Numbered from the stretch's first letter, positions 19,072 through 29,572 are shown. The stretch: DNA of 60,053 nucleotides from Minisyncoccota bacterium (GCA_905478465.1 CAJQIN010000012.1:98890-158942); one strand, 5' to 3'. Numbers and translations are program-made. The notes: generated from the letters alone by a model not told the origin.

Positions 19072-19959
19072 GTGAAAAAACTCATAGTAATCCTGGGACC
19101 AACATCCTCTGGCAAAAGCGACCTAGCCGTTGATATTGCAAAAAAATATTCAGGAGAAGTCATCTCTGCTGATTCTCGCCAAGTATACAGGGGCCTTGAT
19201 ATAGGAAGTGGAAAAATCACCAAAAAAGAAATGCAAGGCATACCACATCACTTATTAGATGTCGCATCACCTAAGCGAGTTTTTGAGGTCACAGCCTATC
19301 AAAAAAAGGCGAATAAGGCTCTTGCTGATATCTGGAGTAGAGACAATATTCCTGTTCTTTGTGGAGGTACAGGATTCTACATACAAGCAGTTGTTGACGG
19401 AACTGTTTTTCCAAAAGTACCACCGAACAAAAAACTACGTGCGGAACTAGAAAGCATGCCCCTCCAAGAACTCCAAAAAAAACTCCAAAAGCTTGACCCC
19501 AGAAGATACAAAGAAATAGATATCCAAAACCCCAGAAGACTTGTTCGTGCTATCGAAATAGCTACATCCCTCGGAAAAGTGCCTGAGCCAAAACAAATCA
19601 ACATAAATTTTGACTTACTCATCATTGGAATAGAAACCGACACAGAAAAACTCTACGAAAGAATTCACCATCGACTTATTACAAGACTCAAACAAGGAAT
19701 GGTTGCCGAAGTAAGGAAACTTCACGAACAAGGAGTATCCTGGAAAAGAATGGAATCACTCGGACTCGAATATCGCTATCTTGCACGCTTTCTACAAAAG
19801 AAAATCAATAAAACAGAAATGGTTGAGCAATTGGAAACGGAAATACGAAGATATGCTAAACGCCAGAAAACATGGTTTAAGCGAGACAATAGGATTAAGT
19901 GGTTTAAATTAAAAGACAAAAAGAAGATTGAGAAGGAAGTGAGAGAATTTTTAAAATAA
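19072..19959 (+). CDS. miaA: tRNA dimethylallyltransferase
   Basis: GPTSSGKS, ISADSRQVY, GGTGFY, RRYAKRQKTWF; GTG start at 19072, right after the tRNA. Confidence 0.95.
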   Translation: MKKLIVILGPTSSGKSDLAVDIAKKYSGEVISADSRQVYRGLDIGSGKITKKEMQGIPHHLLDVASPKRVFEVTAYQKKANKALADIWSRDNIPVLCGGTGFYIQAVVDGTVFPKVPPNKKLRAELESMPLQELQKKLQKLDPRRYKEIDIQNPRRLVRAIEIATSLGKVPEPKQININFDLLIIGIETDTEKLYERIHHRLITRLKQGMVAEVRKLHEQGVSWKRMESLGLEYRYLARFLQKKINKTEMVEQLETEIRRYAKRQKTWFKRDNRIKWFKLKDKKKIEKEVREFLK

Positions 19960-20038
19960 AGTTCAATAGTTCACAGAAAGATTCTTTTATGTATACTGTC
20001 TTTAGAACCTTTCTCTAACAAAACAGGAGGACATAACA

Positions 20039-20485
20039 ATGTCTCAAAACACTTTCCCGCACATTAAGGTCTACGTCGGCTGTGCACTTACCTATGCCTC
20101 TGAAGAATTCAAACAAGACGTCGAGAAATTTAAAGATGTACTCAGGACGCATTGCACAGTACTTGATTTTCTAGGTCTAGATGACACAACACCTAACGGT
20201 GTTTACCAGCATGATATTCACAACTGTGTTATGCAGTGCCATCTTTTGATTGCCATAGCCGATTATCCTTCAACAGGATTAGGTTATGAAATAGGTACAC
20301 AGTGTGAAAAAAGAGGTGCTCCAATACTTGCAGTTGCTCATACTGACGCTTTAGTAACTGACCTTATTTTGGACACACAACAACGAGGATTTGAATTCAA
20401 ACGATACAAAACTCTTGTTCAGGATGTTATTCCTTTGACACTAGAAAGACTCCAAGCAATAGACCTGTTACTGAAAGCAGCTTGA
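20039..20485 (+). CDS. Nucleoside 2-deoxyribosyltransferase / RCL-like N-glycosidase family protein
   Basis: KVY.GC, D...V..C.LLIA...PSTGLGYE.G motif; SD CAGGAGG upstream. Confidence 0.7.
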   Translation: MSQNTFPHIKVYVGCALTYASEEFKQDVEKFKDVLRTHCTVLDFLGLDDTTPNGVYQHDIHNCVMQCHLLIAIADYPSTGLGYEIGTQCEKRGAPILAVAHTDALVTDLILDTQQRGFEFKRYKTLVQDVIPLTLERLQAIDLLLKAA

Positions 20486-20564
20486 TGTAGTACTTTCAAA
20501 TCTGAATTCTTTTCTCCAATCCACCGTATATGTTTACAAACATGTCGGTGGATTTTATTATATG

Positions 20565-20635
20565 CGGGCGATGAGGGAATTGAACCCCCGACATCGGTTT
20601 TGGAGACCGAAGTTATACCACTTAACTAATCGCCC
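20565..20635 (-). tRNA. tRNA-Trp(CCA)
   Basis: TCGGT-CT-CCA-AA-ACCGA anticodon arm; GGTTCAATTCC T-arm. Confidence 0.95.
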
Positions 20636-20665
20636 GTGTTCCTAGGATAATAACAAGACTTAGCC

Positions 20666-20708
20666 CTAAAAGCAAAAAACCACACAATGTGTGGTTTTTT
20701 GCTTTTAG
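20666..20708. terminator. Terminator downstream of rpmG
   Basis: 21-bp perfect arms ctaaaagcaaaaaaccacaca / tgtgtggttttttgcttttag with a 1-nt spacer. Confidence 0.8.
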
Positions 20709-20717
20709 CTAGATGTT

Positions 20718-20873
20718 TTATTTCTTCACCTCTTTAAACACAATTCGCTTTCGAAGTTTTGAACTAAATTTCTTAAGTTCAATTTTTCGCTCAACAAGCT
20801 TCTTATTCTTGCGAGTCCAATACACCTCTTTGGTGTCTTTATTAACGAGTTTTATCAATTTATCTTGTGACAT
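20718..20873 (-). CDS. rpmG: 50S ribosomal protein bL33, Cys-free (zinc-independent) form
   Basis: Manual translation MSQDKLIKLVNKDTKEVYWTRKNKKLVERKIELKKFSSKLRKRIVFKEVKK (51 aa, below the ORF-track cutoff). Confidence 0.9.
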   Translation of the reverse strand: MSQDKLIKLVNKDTKEVYWTRKNKKLVERKIELKKFSSKLRKRIVFKEVKK

Positions 20874-20900
20874 TGTTTTTCTAGGTTACCAAAAAAACAT

Positions 20901-22202
20901 TTAAGATGCAAGGTATTTCACTACACAAGAAGCAATATGGTCAATATTATCCTTAAATTTCCCCTCATCTTCCTCAAGCAGAGTGAACCTAAACCCCGCA
21001 TGACTAGCGTTAAATCCCGAAGAAAGTGGTACCAAACATATACCTGTAGATGCCAGCATAAAATATACAAACCTCTTATCAAGAGAAATATTATCAAGTA
21101 ATTTCTCTATAACATTCAAAACATCAATATTAGACACTGACAATGTCTGCTGAGGTGTCAATATTCCCTCCTTGAAAACAATAGTCATATAAAAAGCCCC
21201 TTGAACTCTGTGCACGATAAGCTCAGGTATTTTTGAAAAAACATTATACGCATATTCCGAATATTTTTGATACCTTTCTACCCTATTTTCCAAATATGGA
21301 TAATATCTATCATCTGACATAACCCTGGGTAAAACTTTCTGAGGAAGAGTGGTCGAACATACCTCTAGCATTTTTGAATCAATGATTGATTTTGTATACC
21401 TATTAAAATCCTCATCTTTATCTCTATTATAAAATTCAACCCAGCCACACCGAGCACCTGGCCATGGAAATTCTTTTGAAATACCTCGCATGGCTATTGC
21501 AGGCACATCGTCTATTACTGAAGCAAGTTTTTTCATACCACTACCTGGAAAAGATAGATTGGAATAAATTTCATCTGAAATAATAAACAAATTATATTTT
21601 TTTGCTAAATCAACTATGCTCCGCAGAATATCCTGCGAGTACACAAATCCCGTTGGATTGTCAGGGTTAATAATAAGAATACCTACAATATTTTCATTTT
21701 CTTTTATTTTATCCTCCATCTCTACAAGATCTGGCTGCCAAGCATTTTCTGGACGAAGCGAATATGTAATGTGTGGAGCGCCTGCATGTGAAGCCTCAGC
21801 AGAAGAGTGTGTGGGATAAGCTGGATTCGGACCGATAATACGCGCATCCGGATGGAGGTTTTCATATATTTTTGTAATAGCATCTCCAAGTCCATTAAAA
21901 AAAAGAATGTCTTCTGCTGTAATCTGAATCCCCCCTTCAAGATTACGTTCGTCTGCAATATATTCTCGAGTCTCAAGAAGCCCTTTAGTAGGAGAGTATC
22001 CATAACTACCATTCTCTTGTGCAGCTTCTACAACAATTTCTTTTATCCACAAAGGAACTTCTGCCCCTTTTGCCACAGGGTCACCAATATTTTCCCAAAT
22101 AATAGGCAGACCAATTTTCTCAAGTTTTTTTGCAACCTCAACAATCTCTCGTATTTCATAAACGAGTTCGTCTGCTCCTGGATGAATGATATTCGTTCTC
22201 AT
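20901..22202 (-). CDS. PLP-dependent class I/II aminotransferase (AlaA-like)
   Basis: YEIREIV, NIGDP, NPDNPTG, SDEIY, SK...PGARCGW; ATG 22202. Confidence 0.88.
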   Translation of the reverse strand: MRTNIIHPGADELVYEIREIVEVAKKLEKIGLPIIWENIGDPVAKGAEVPLWIKEIVVEAAQENGSYGYSPTKGLLETREYIADERNLEGGIQITAEDILFFNGLGDAITKIYENLHPDARIIGPNPAYPTHSSAEASHAGAPHITYSLRPENAWQPDLVEMEDKIKENENIVGILIINPDNPTGFVYSQDILRSIVDLAKKYNLFIISDEIYSNLSFPGSGMKKLASVIDDVPAIAMRGISKEFPWPGARCGWVEFYNRDKDEDFNRYTKSIIDSKMLEVCSTTLPQKVLPRVMSDDRYYPYLENRVERYQKYSEYAYNVFSKIPELIVHRVQGAFYMTIVFKEGILTPQQTLSVSNIDVLNVIEKLLDNISLDKRFVYFMLASTGICLVPLSSGFNASHAGFRFTLLEEDEGKFKDNIDHIASCVVKYLAS

Positions 22203-22228
22203 AGACTCCAATATAGCGCAAGAAAGGG

Positions 22229-22267
22229 AAAAAGAAAAACCCGCAAGATGTATCACAATCTTGCAGG
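22229..22267 (-). terminator. Terminator after the 22287-22568 gene
   Basis: CCTGCAAGAT-loop-ATCTTGCGGG followed by TTTTTCTTTTT. Confidence 0.7.
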
Positions 22268-22286
22268 CCACAAACCTTTCGTTTTA

Positions 22287-22568
22287 TTATAAAATTCTAT
22301 ACTCATCATCTCTTGACTCTCGTAGTTTCGCACGTACTAAAGTAAGACGCGCTGGAAACATCCAGAAAAAAATAGTCAAAAAATGACATAGCACAAACAT
22401 AGAAAGAGTAATGATTACAGCATCATTCTTTGCATGTAAGTTAATTCCCCAAACAAAAACATATTCAAGCGAAAGTGCTACCAAAGCTACACCAAGTGTC
22501 CAAAGACACTGCCAACGCACTCCTTTTGTTAAACAATATCCAAAATATTCATTAGCTACATGAGTCAT
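22287..22568 (-). CDS. Small two-TM hypothetical protein
   Basis: 93-aa ORF, GGAGG 7 nt upstream of ATG, two hydrophobic segments, own terminator. Confidence 0.55.
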   Translation of the reverse strand: MTHVANEYFGYCLTKGVRWQCLWTLGVALVALSLEYVFVWGINLHAKNDAVIITLSMFVLCHFLTIFFWMFPARLTLVRAKLRESRDDEYRIL

Positions 22569-22649
22569 ACAAAACCTCCATGAGGAAGAGAATTATTTTA
22601 CCGTGCAATTCTAAAAAATATTCTATCTATATACTTATTTTTGTCAAAC

Positions 22650-23753
22650 TTATTCGTACAACCTTTTAATCAAAGGATTAATTCTTGTAATTGTTTCGTA
22701 ATAGCTAGTATCATCCAAAACTGACATTTCTGTCGCAGGAATATGTAAACCAATAAGCTCCACCTCATCTCCGACAGAAATACCCAGAATATCGGTCACA
22801 TCAAGAATAATAATATCCATAGATACACGCCCTATTATTCGCACACGACTATCTCGCACATACACCTGCCCAATACCAGAAAGTTTTCTGGACAATCCAT
22901 GCCAATATCCAACAGGACAAAGTGCCAGTATAGAATCTCTTTCAAGTCTTTCAGTGAAATCATAACCAACTCTCTCACCCTTCGAAACACTTTTTACCTC
23001 ACTCACGATAGTTTTCCAAGATAAAACAGGTTTTAATATTATTTTATGTTCCAAAAATTTCTTTGTTTCAATAGACGGCCATAGACCATATAGTCCTATA
23101 CCAATACGAACCATGTCAAAATGTGCCTCAGAAAACAACATAGTACCTGACGTTGCTGATGCATGGAAAATAGGCGTATAACCTTTTTCTTCAAACTCTT
23201 TTTTCCATACAAGGAATCGTTCTATTTGTTTTTTTGTATCTACGGGTAATACAGGATTTTTTGCAGCAGCAAAATGTGTAAATACTCCTTCAACAATCAT
23301 ACCGCTATCAGAAAGTTTTTTGAACAATTCTTCTTTTTGATTCTCCAAAAATCCCTGTCTAGACATTCCTGTATCAAGCTTAATGTGAATTTTTGCACTA
23401 GAGTATTCTGATACAGCATCTAGTGACTCGAAACTTGAAATAGATATACTAATATTATTTTCAACGGCCTCCTTCATCCTCTCTGGAAGAGTGTAACCAA
23501 GGATAAGAATTGGCTGAACGATACCCTCACGACGAAGTCGAAGTCCTTCGGTAATAGAATCTACAGCAAACCAATCAACACCTAGTTTGGCAAGCTCTTG
23601 AGCATATTCATAGAAACCATGACCATACGCATTAGATTTCACAACTGCACAAAACTTTACCTCAGGTGATACAAAACCTCGAAACACATCATAATTGTGC
23701 TTTATCGCCCCTTTATCAATCTCAATCCATGTTCGTAATCCTTTGTGATTCAT
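22650..23753 (-). CDS. alr: Alanine racemase
   Basis: AVVKSNAYGHG PLP motif, HIKLDTGMSRQG, VGYD, GRVSMD. Confidence 0.96.
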   Translation of the reverse strand: MNHKGLRTWIEIDKGAIKHNYDVFRGFVSPEVKFCAVVKSNAYGHGFYEYAQELAKLGVDWFAVDSITEGLRLRREGIVQPILILGYTLPERMKEAVENNISISISSFESLDAVSEYSSAKIHIKLDTGMSRQGFLENQKEELFKKLSDSGMIVEGVFTHFAAAKNPVLPVDTKKQIERFLVWKKEFEEKGYTPIFHASATSGTMLFSEAHFDMVRIGIGLYGLWPSIETKKFLEHKIILKPVLSWKTIVSEVKSVSKGERVGYDFTERLERDSILALCPVGYWHGLSRKLSGIGQVYVRDSRVRIIGRVSMDIIILDVTDILGISVGDEVELIGLHIPATEMSVLDDTSYYETITRINPLIKRLYE

Positions 23754-23836
23754 TGTCTGTTATCATACTATAAAAATTTATATTTGAAATTCACTAAAAA
23801 ATGAGTATGATGTTGTATATTGCTTTAGCAATAATT

Positions 23837-23920
23837 GCGTCGGTGGCAGAGTGGTCAATTGCATCAGACTGTAAATCTGACGACCTTTGGTCTACGCAGG
23901 TTCAAATCCTGCCCGGCGCA
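23837..23920 (+). tRNA. tRNA-Tyr(GUA)
   Basis: TCAGA-CT-GTA-AA-TCTGA anticodon arm; long variable arm; GGTTCAAATCC. Confidence 0.95.
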
Positions 23921-23926
23921 CAACTT

Positions 23927-23951
23927 AAAATACCCCATACAGGGGTATTTT
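23927..23951 (+). terminator. Terminator after tRNA-Tyr
   Basis: aaaatacccc / ggggtatttt. Confidence 0.7.
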
Positions 23952-23995
23952 TGTTTGACTGAAGTGAAAGTTAGAACTTTTGCTATAATTTAATC

Positions 23996-24715
23996 ATGGC
24001 AAATACAGAAAAAAGGTTTTCAAATAAAGCAGGAGAAGAATATGATCTGTTCAGCTTGGCTTTGCCACATCAATATGAAATCCAATCTAAGGCAGTTGAA
24101 ACCTTGATTAATCATTTCACTGGGGCAGATTCTATTAAAGTTTTAGAAATAGGATTTGGGACTGGTATTACTTCAAGTGAGTTACTATCAAAAGATAAAG
24201 ATATTCATTTAACTGGTATTGATAGTGAACCTAAGATGTTGAAAAAAGCACTGAGTAAGTTGCAATTCTTTCCAAAAGAACAATTTGAACTATGTACAGA
24301 TGAAGCCTATGAATACTTAAAGAAACAAGAAGACCAATCTTTCAATGCTATAATTTCAGTATGGGTTCTACATAATCTGAAAAGAGATTTTAGGAATAAA
24401 ATAATCTCTGAGATTTTTAGAGTATTAAAATCAGGAGGTATTTTTGTAAATGGAGACAAGATTGCCGTAACAGAACCTGCCTTACACAAAGAACATCTTG
24501 AATGGCAATTGAAAAAGTTTGATGTGTTTGAGGAGACTAGTAGACCAGATCTCAAAAAAGAATGGACTGATCATTATATTGAAGATGAAGATCCTGAGCG
24601 TATTCTTTATGAAAATGAGTTTATACAAAGATTAGAAAAGGAAGGTTTTGTGGATTTAAAAATAACAGATCGCCATTACATGGATGCCGTTGGTTTCGGA
24701 ACTAAACCTCAATAG
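23996..24715 (+). CDS. Class I SAM-dependent methyltransferase
   Basis: VLEIGFGTG motif I, GIDSEPKML, S.WVLHN, LKSGGIFVNGD. Confidence 0.88.
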   Translation: MANTEKRFSNKAGEEYDLFSLALPHQYEIQSKAVETLINHFTGADSIKVLEIGFGTGITSSELLSKDKDIHLTGIDSEPKMLKKALSKLQFFPKEQFELCTDEAYEYLKKQEDQSFNAIISVWVLHNLKRDFRNKIISEIFRVLKSGGIFVNGDKIAVTEPALHKEHLEWQLKKFDVFEETSRPDLKKEWTDHYIEDEDPERILYENEFIQRLEKEGFVDLKITDRHYMDAVGFGTKPQ

Positions 24716-24788
24716 ATTCTCTTTTAGAAACAAAAGAAGGTAAATAACAAAACTCCTCTGCTATAATTAAGTTTCTAACTTCTCGCAT

Positions 24789-24800
24789 CCCAGCGCACAA
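24789..24800 (+). repeat. Degenerate copy of the tRNA-Tyr 3' end (att-like remnant)
   Basis: cccagcgcacaa versus cccggcgcacaa at 23912-23923 (11/12), each followed by a terminator hairpin. Confidence 0.4.
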
Positions 24801-24834
24801 ATAAAAAACCAACTCTCATGAGTTGGTTTTTTAT
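24801..24834. terminator. Bidirectional terminator between the methyltransferase gene and clpB
   Basis: 15-bp arms ataaaaaaccaactc / gagttggttttttat. Confidence 0.75.
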
Positions 24835-24837
24835 CCT

Positions 24838-27531
24838 CTATTTAGTTGTAGTTTCTTGTATCAACTCTTTTCTCAACAAACTTCCCTTCCTACCCTTTTT
24901 TACATCAAACACAAATTCATCTTTTTTAACATCCACAGATACAGAACCACCTTTCATTATACCCTTCGAAATCATAAGGTTTGCAATCTGAGTCATTATT
25001 TTATTCTGAATTAATCTCTTCAAAGGTCGTGCACCGTACTGAGGATCATATCCCTTTTCAGCAAGATGTGCCAAAGCAGCCGGGGTAAGCTTAAGTTTAA
25101 TTTCTTTTTGCAAAAGACGTTCTTGTACAAAACCAATTTGGATTTTTACAATGTCAGCAATTGCCTCCTTACTCAAGATATCAAAAATAATGATATCATC
25201 TAAGCGATTCAAAAATTCTGGACGGAAGTAATCTTTCAAAGAATCCATCACCTTGTTTTTTGCTTCCATATAATTATCCTCAACAGCATCAGTTCCGAAA
25301 CCAAGCTTCTGCATCTTATCGATATGTTGTGCACCAATATTTGAAGTTAGTACAACAACTGTATTTTTAAAGTTTACTTTTCGCCCCTTGGCATCAGTTA
25401 GATGTCCGTTATCCAGAACCTGCAATAAAATATTAAATACTTCTGGATGAGCCTTTTCTATCTCATCAAAAAGTACCACTGAATAAGGACGATGTCTGAT
25501 TTTTTCAGTTAGATTTCCCCCTTCTTCATGTCCAACATATCCCGGAGGTGATCCGATAAGTTTTGATACTGAGTGCTTCTCCATAAATTCAGACATATCA
25601 ACTCTAATCAAAGCCTCTTCATTATCAAACATAAACTCTGCCAGAGTCTTGGTAAGTTCTGTCTTTCCAACTCCTGTTGGTCCAAGAAACAGAAATGAAC
25701 CTATGGGACGGTTTGGGTCAGCAATACCCACACGAGAACGTTTAATTGCATCCGCCACACGTCCAATGACATTGTTTTGACCAACTACTCGCTTAGTAAA
25801 CTCTTCTTCAATACGACTCAATTTCTCAGCTTCTCCTTCAAGCATTCGATTAACAGGAATACCAGTCCATCTAGAAACAATATCTGCTATTTCCTCTTCT
25901 GTAATTTCTTCTTTTAGAATTCGTCGAGAACTTTGCAAGCGCTTCAACCTTCTTGTCTTCAAGTCAAGATCTTTCTCTAAAGCAGGAATTTCTCCGTATC
26001 GAATTTCTGCAGCACGAGAAAGATCTGCTACAGCTTCTGCTGCCTCTGCTTCAAGACGAAGTTGCTCCAAATCTTTCTTGATTTGTTTGATACTTCCTAC
26101 TGTTTCTTTTTCATTTTTCCATTTAAGCTCAATTTCAGCAGTTTTTTCTTTTAAATCAGCAACCTGGGATTCTATTTCTTTTATACGTTTATGTTGCTTA
26201 GTATTAGCAGCCTTCTTTCCTTCAGTTTCTTTTTTTAGAGCTTCTCGTTCAATTTCTAATTTCATTACCTTTGAATGTGTTTCTTCAAGAATTGGCGGCA
26301 TATTTTCAAGAGAAATTTTCAACAATGACGCTGACTCATCGATAAGATCAATGGCTTTGTCTGGCAAAAATCTATCTGTAATATATCTACTAGAAAAATT
26401 AACAGCGGCAATAATAGCATCATCTGTAATTCGTACTCCGTGATATAGCTCATATTTTTCTTTTAGCCCTCTCAAAATAGTTATAGCATCCTCAATACTA
26501 GGCTCATTCACATGCACAGGTTGAAAACGACGCGTAAAAGCAGGATCCTTCTCAATATGTTGCTGATATTCTTTCAAAGTTGTTGCACCAATAACACGCA
26601 TATCTCCTCGCGCCAAAGCTGGCTTCAACATATTTGATGCATCCATTGATCCTTCCGCCGAACCAGCACCCATAATGGTGTGTATCTCATCAATAAAAAG
26701 AATAATCTTCCCTTCAGATCTTTCAATATCTTTCATCAGATTTTTTAATCTCTCCTCAAATTCACCACGAAATTTCGTTCCAGCAATAAGTAATCCTAGA
26801 TCAAGAGAAACAAGCTCTTTTTCTTTTAAAGATTCTGGCACATTACCTTGCGCAATACGCGTAGCAAGACCCTCTGCAATAGCAGTTTTTCCAACCCCAG
26901 ATTCTCCAATTAAAATTGGATTATTTTTCGTACGTCTAGAAAGAATTTGCAAAATACGAGAAATTTCGTTATCTCTTCCAATAACCGGATCAAGCTTATT
27001 CTCCATAGCCATCTTAGTAAGATTTCTTGTGTATTTCGCAACTGCTTTTGGTTTTGCAGGACCTTTTACATCACGAATAGTATTATGTTTTATCTCTTCA
27101 ACTATAGTAACTACGGCATTTTTTTCTACTTTAAAACGTCTTAAAATATCTTGTGCCGGAGAAGGTGTTGTCAGGACAGCAATAAATAAATGTTCAACCG
27201 CTACCTGTTTCTCATTCATATCTTCAGAAATTTTCCCAGATATTTCGATTGTTTGTGCCAGTTCTGGTGTGAGATAAATTTGATATGACGGAGAAAGAGT
27301 ATCTGCCTCAGAAACATCAACAGAATCAAAAACAGCGTCAGTTAAAATGATGGGATCAACATTAAGGCGCTCCAAAATAGAGGTAACAATAGACTCCTCT
27401 TGTTCTAGAAGTGAAGCCAAAAGATGCAGAGGATTAACATGATTCTGTCCTCCACTAATAGCTAATTCATGTGCTTTACGAATGGCTTCTTTTGCTTTTG
27501 TAGTAAAATTACTAAACGGTGGCATTTCCAT
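24838..27531 (-). CDS. clpB: ATP-dependent chaperone ClpB
   Basis: Clp N-domain, two intact NBDs ([16 protein letters not shown]), long coiled-coil M-domain. Confidence 0.93.
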   Translation of the reverse strand: MEMPPFSNFTTKAKEAIRKAHELAISGGQNHVNPLHLLASLLEQEESIVTSILERLNVDPIILTDAVFDSVDVSEADTLSPSYQIYLTPELAQTIEISGKISEDMNEKQVAVEHLFIAVLTTPSPAQDILRRFKVEKNAVVTIVEEIKHNTIRDVKGPAKPKAVAKYTRNLTKMAMENKLDPVIGRDNEISRILQILSRRTKNNPILIGESGVGKTAIAEGLATRIAQGNVPESLKEKELVSLDLGLLIAGTKFRGEFEERLKNLMKDIERSEGKIILFIDEIHTIMGAGSAEGSMDASNMLKPALARGDMRVIGATTLKEYQQHIEKDPAFTRRFQPVHVNEPSIEDAITILRGLKEKYELYHGVRITDDAIIAAVNFSSRYITDRFLPDKAIDLIDESASLLKISLENMPPILEETHSKVMKLEIEREALKKETEGKKAANTKQHKRIKEIESQVADLKEKTAEIELKWKNEKETVGSIKQIKKDLEQLRLEAEAAEAVADLSRAAEIRYGEIPALEKDLDLKTRRLKRLQSSRRILKEEITEEEIADIVSRWTGIPVNRMLEGEAEKLSRIEEEFTKRVVGQNNVIGRVADAIKRSRVGIADPNRPIGSFLFLGPTGVGKTELTKTLAEFMFDNEEALIRVDMSEFMEKHSVSKLIGSPPGYVGHEEGGNLTEKIRHRPYSVVLFDEIEKAHPEVFNILLQVLDNGHLTDAKGRKVNFKNTVVVLTSNIGAQHIDKMQKLGFGTDAVEDNYMEAKNKVMDSLKDYFRPEFLNRLDDIIIFDILSKEAIADIVKIQIGFVQERLLQKEIKLKLTPAALAHLAEKGYDPQYGARPLKRLIQNKIMTQIANLMISKGIMKGGSVSVDVKKDEFVFDVKKGRKGSLLRKELIQETTTK

Positions 27532-27571
27532 ATAAAAACTATATTACAATAAAATAAAACTTTGTCAATAA

Positions 27572-28375
27572 TTAAAACGCTTCCCCTACTGATGCTGTAT
27601 TCGATGTCGACCCCGTAGCATTTTGTGATGCTTGTACCGGAACAAACATCTGCCTAGAGAATACATATATACCCACAACATCTCCTGAAAGATTAAAGAG
27701 TACGGAACCATTAGCAATATCTGTAAGATTCATATTGGTTGAAATACCTGTAATCACGCCATCATCAAGAATTAGGTCTGAAACAAGACCTGTTGCAATA
27801 ACATTACGCTCTCGTCCTTCAATCTTTATAACTGATTGACCAAGTTTTAATGACTCACCCGATATCGTAGCGAAGGTACTTCCAATTCCCTCTTCGGGGA
27901 TATTTATTTGTAGATAAGCAAGACCACTTTCAGCAAGTAAATCTGTTACTTTTGCTGTTAACACTTTTCCACTAGAAAGTGTAACGGTATATTCTATATC
28001 CTGAATAAGTCCAGAAACATCAGTTAAAACTCTTCCACTTTCTCCAAGTAACACTCCAACACCGTTGAACACAACTGGATTAGTTCCTTGTGTAATACGT
28101 ACAATACTATCTTTGTTTTTAGATACAGCATCAATCACTCGATCTTCTTCTGTAACCACAACAGTTTCTTTGACAGTAACTATCTTTTCTTTAGGCTGAA
28201 TATCTGACGGAACTACAGTTTCAACTGTCCTTTCAACAACTTTATTAATAGTTTGTGTTACTTCAACAGGAGCTTTATCCAGAAGTGACACTGTGATAAT
28301 ACCTGTTGCAATAGATGTCACAAAAGTAACAAGAAGCACTAGTAAAATAAGCTGTTGTTTATTTAGATCTTCCAT
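27572..28375 (-). CDS. Membrane-anchored trypsin-like (HtrA/S1C) domain protein, catalytic triad apparently absent
   Basis: N-terminal TM; VVRI/GVLL strands; the GNSGGPL equivalent reads ANGSVLFNLSGDVVGI. Confidence 0.65.
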   Translation of the reverse strand: MEDLNKQQLILLVLLVTFVTSIATGIITVSLLDKAPVEVTQTINKVVERTVETVVPSDIQPKEKIVTVKETVVVTEEDRVIDAVSKNKDSIVRITQGTNPVVFNGVGVLLGESGRVLTDVSGLIQDIEYTVTLSSGKVLTAKVTDLLAESGLAYLQINIPEEGIGSTFATISGESLKLGQSVIKIEGRERNVIATGLVSDLILDDGVITGISTNMNLTDIANGSVLFNLSGDVVGIYVFSRQMFVPVQASQNATGSTSNTASVGEAF

Positions 28376-28393
28376 ATATTTTAGTATAACAAA

Positions 28394-29572
28394 TTATTGA
28401 TCATTTTCTAAGACAATTCTTTTCACAACCCTCACAAAAACATCAATATCTGACTTTTTTGTATATCTTCCAAAAGTTACTCGTATACTAGATGCCGTAC
28501 AAGCATACTTCCCTATAGCTTCAATAACATATGAAGAAGCATTCCCTGCTTGCGTCTGACAAGAACTAGAGTATGAACAAGAAATACCAGCTTGATCAAG
28601 AACTATTACCGCAAATTCAGCATCAATACCAGGAAAACAAATATTCACATTATTTACGATTCCTTGCTCAGAATCACCATTTATTTCAGCACTTGGAATA
28701 TTTTTTTGTATACTAGAAAAAAGATATTCTTGTATTTTCTTGAGACGAACAACCTCTTTCTTTCTTTCAGACTTAGCAATAAAAAGAGCTTCTGCACACC
28801 CAGCTATTGCTGGTATATTTTCTGTTCCTGAACGCAAACCCCTTTCTTGTCCCCCACCATAAATAATCGGATCAAGTATAACTTTCCTTTTTTTATACAA
28901 GACACCACAACCACGCGGACCATATATTTTTAAACTATCAATTGTCATCATATCAACACCCAATGCCTGCATATGAATGTCTAAATAACAAGGAGCCTGA
29001 CTAGCGTCAGTGTGTACATACGGATACACTGTACCCATTTTTTTTCTGTAAGAAGCCACCTCTCTCGAAATAGATGCAACAGGCTCAATAACCCCTATTT
29101 CATTATTTACATACATCACAGACACAAGAACCGTTTCTGGAGACAATACGCGAGTAATTTCCTGAGGACGAATAAGACCTTTTTCATCTGGCGACACGTA
29201 CGTTATTCTAGCCTCTCCTTTTTTTTCTAAATATCGACACACTTCCAAAACAGATGAATGTTCAATGGAACTAGTTACAATATGCGGTAACCCTTTTCCT
29301 GTATAAGATTTCACTACACCAAGAATAGCTAAATTATTTGCTTCGGTACCACTTGCTGTGAAAAAAACCTCTTCCTCTTGCACCTGAGCAATTCGAGCCA
29401 CTCTTACTCTTGCACTTTGCAATATCTGCATTGCTTTTTTTCCATCAGCATGAATTGCCGAAGAGTTTGCATACACATCTCTTTCAATTTTAGAAACTTT
29501 TTTTTGCACTCGAGGATCTATAGGTGTTGCCCCTGCATAATCTAGGTATATTCGTTTTTTTCTAAAAAACAT
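28394..29572 (-). CDS. iscS: Cysteine desulfurase (IscS/NifS group)
   Basis: YLDYAGATP, SGTEANN, HTDASQ, LKIYGPRG, RSGTEN, catalytic Cys in SYSSSC. Confidence 0.9.
   Translation of the reverse strand: MFFRKKRIYLDYAGATPIDPRVQKKVSKIERDVYANSSAIHADGKKAMQILQSARVRVARIAQVQEEEVFFTASGTEANNLAILGVVKSYTGKGLPHIVTSSIEHSSVLEVCRYLEKKGEARITYVSPDEKGLIRPQEITRVLSPETVLVSVMYVNNEIGVIEPVASISREVASYRKKMGTVYPYVHTDASQAPCYLDIHMQALGVDMMTIDSLKIYGPRGCGVLYKKRKVILDPIIYGGGQERGLRSGTENIPAIAGCAEALFIAKSERKKEVVRLKKIQEYLFSSIQKNIPSAEINGDSEQGIVNNVNICFPGIDAEFAVIVLDQAGISCSYSSSCQTQAGNASSYVIEAIGKYACTASSIRVTFGRYTKKSDIDVFVRVVKRIVLENDQ

Noticed and set aside
23968-24781. Integron cassette (attC) around the methyltransferase gene
   Set aside because: GTTAGAA/TTCTAAC do not fit GTTRRRY/RYYYAAC, no attC hairpin follows, and no integron integrase is present.
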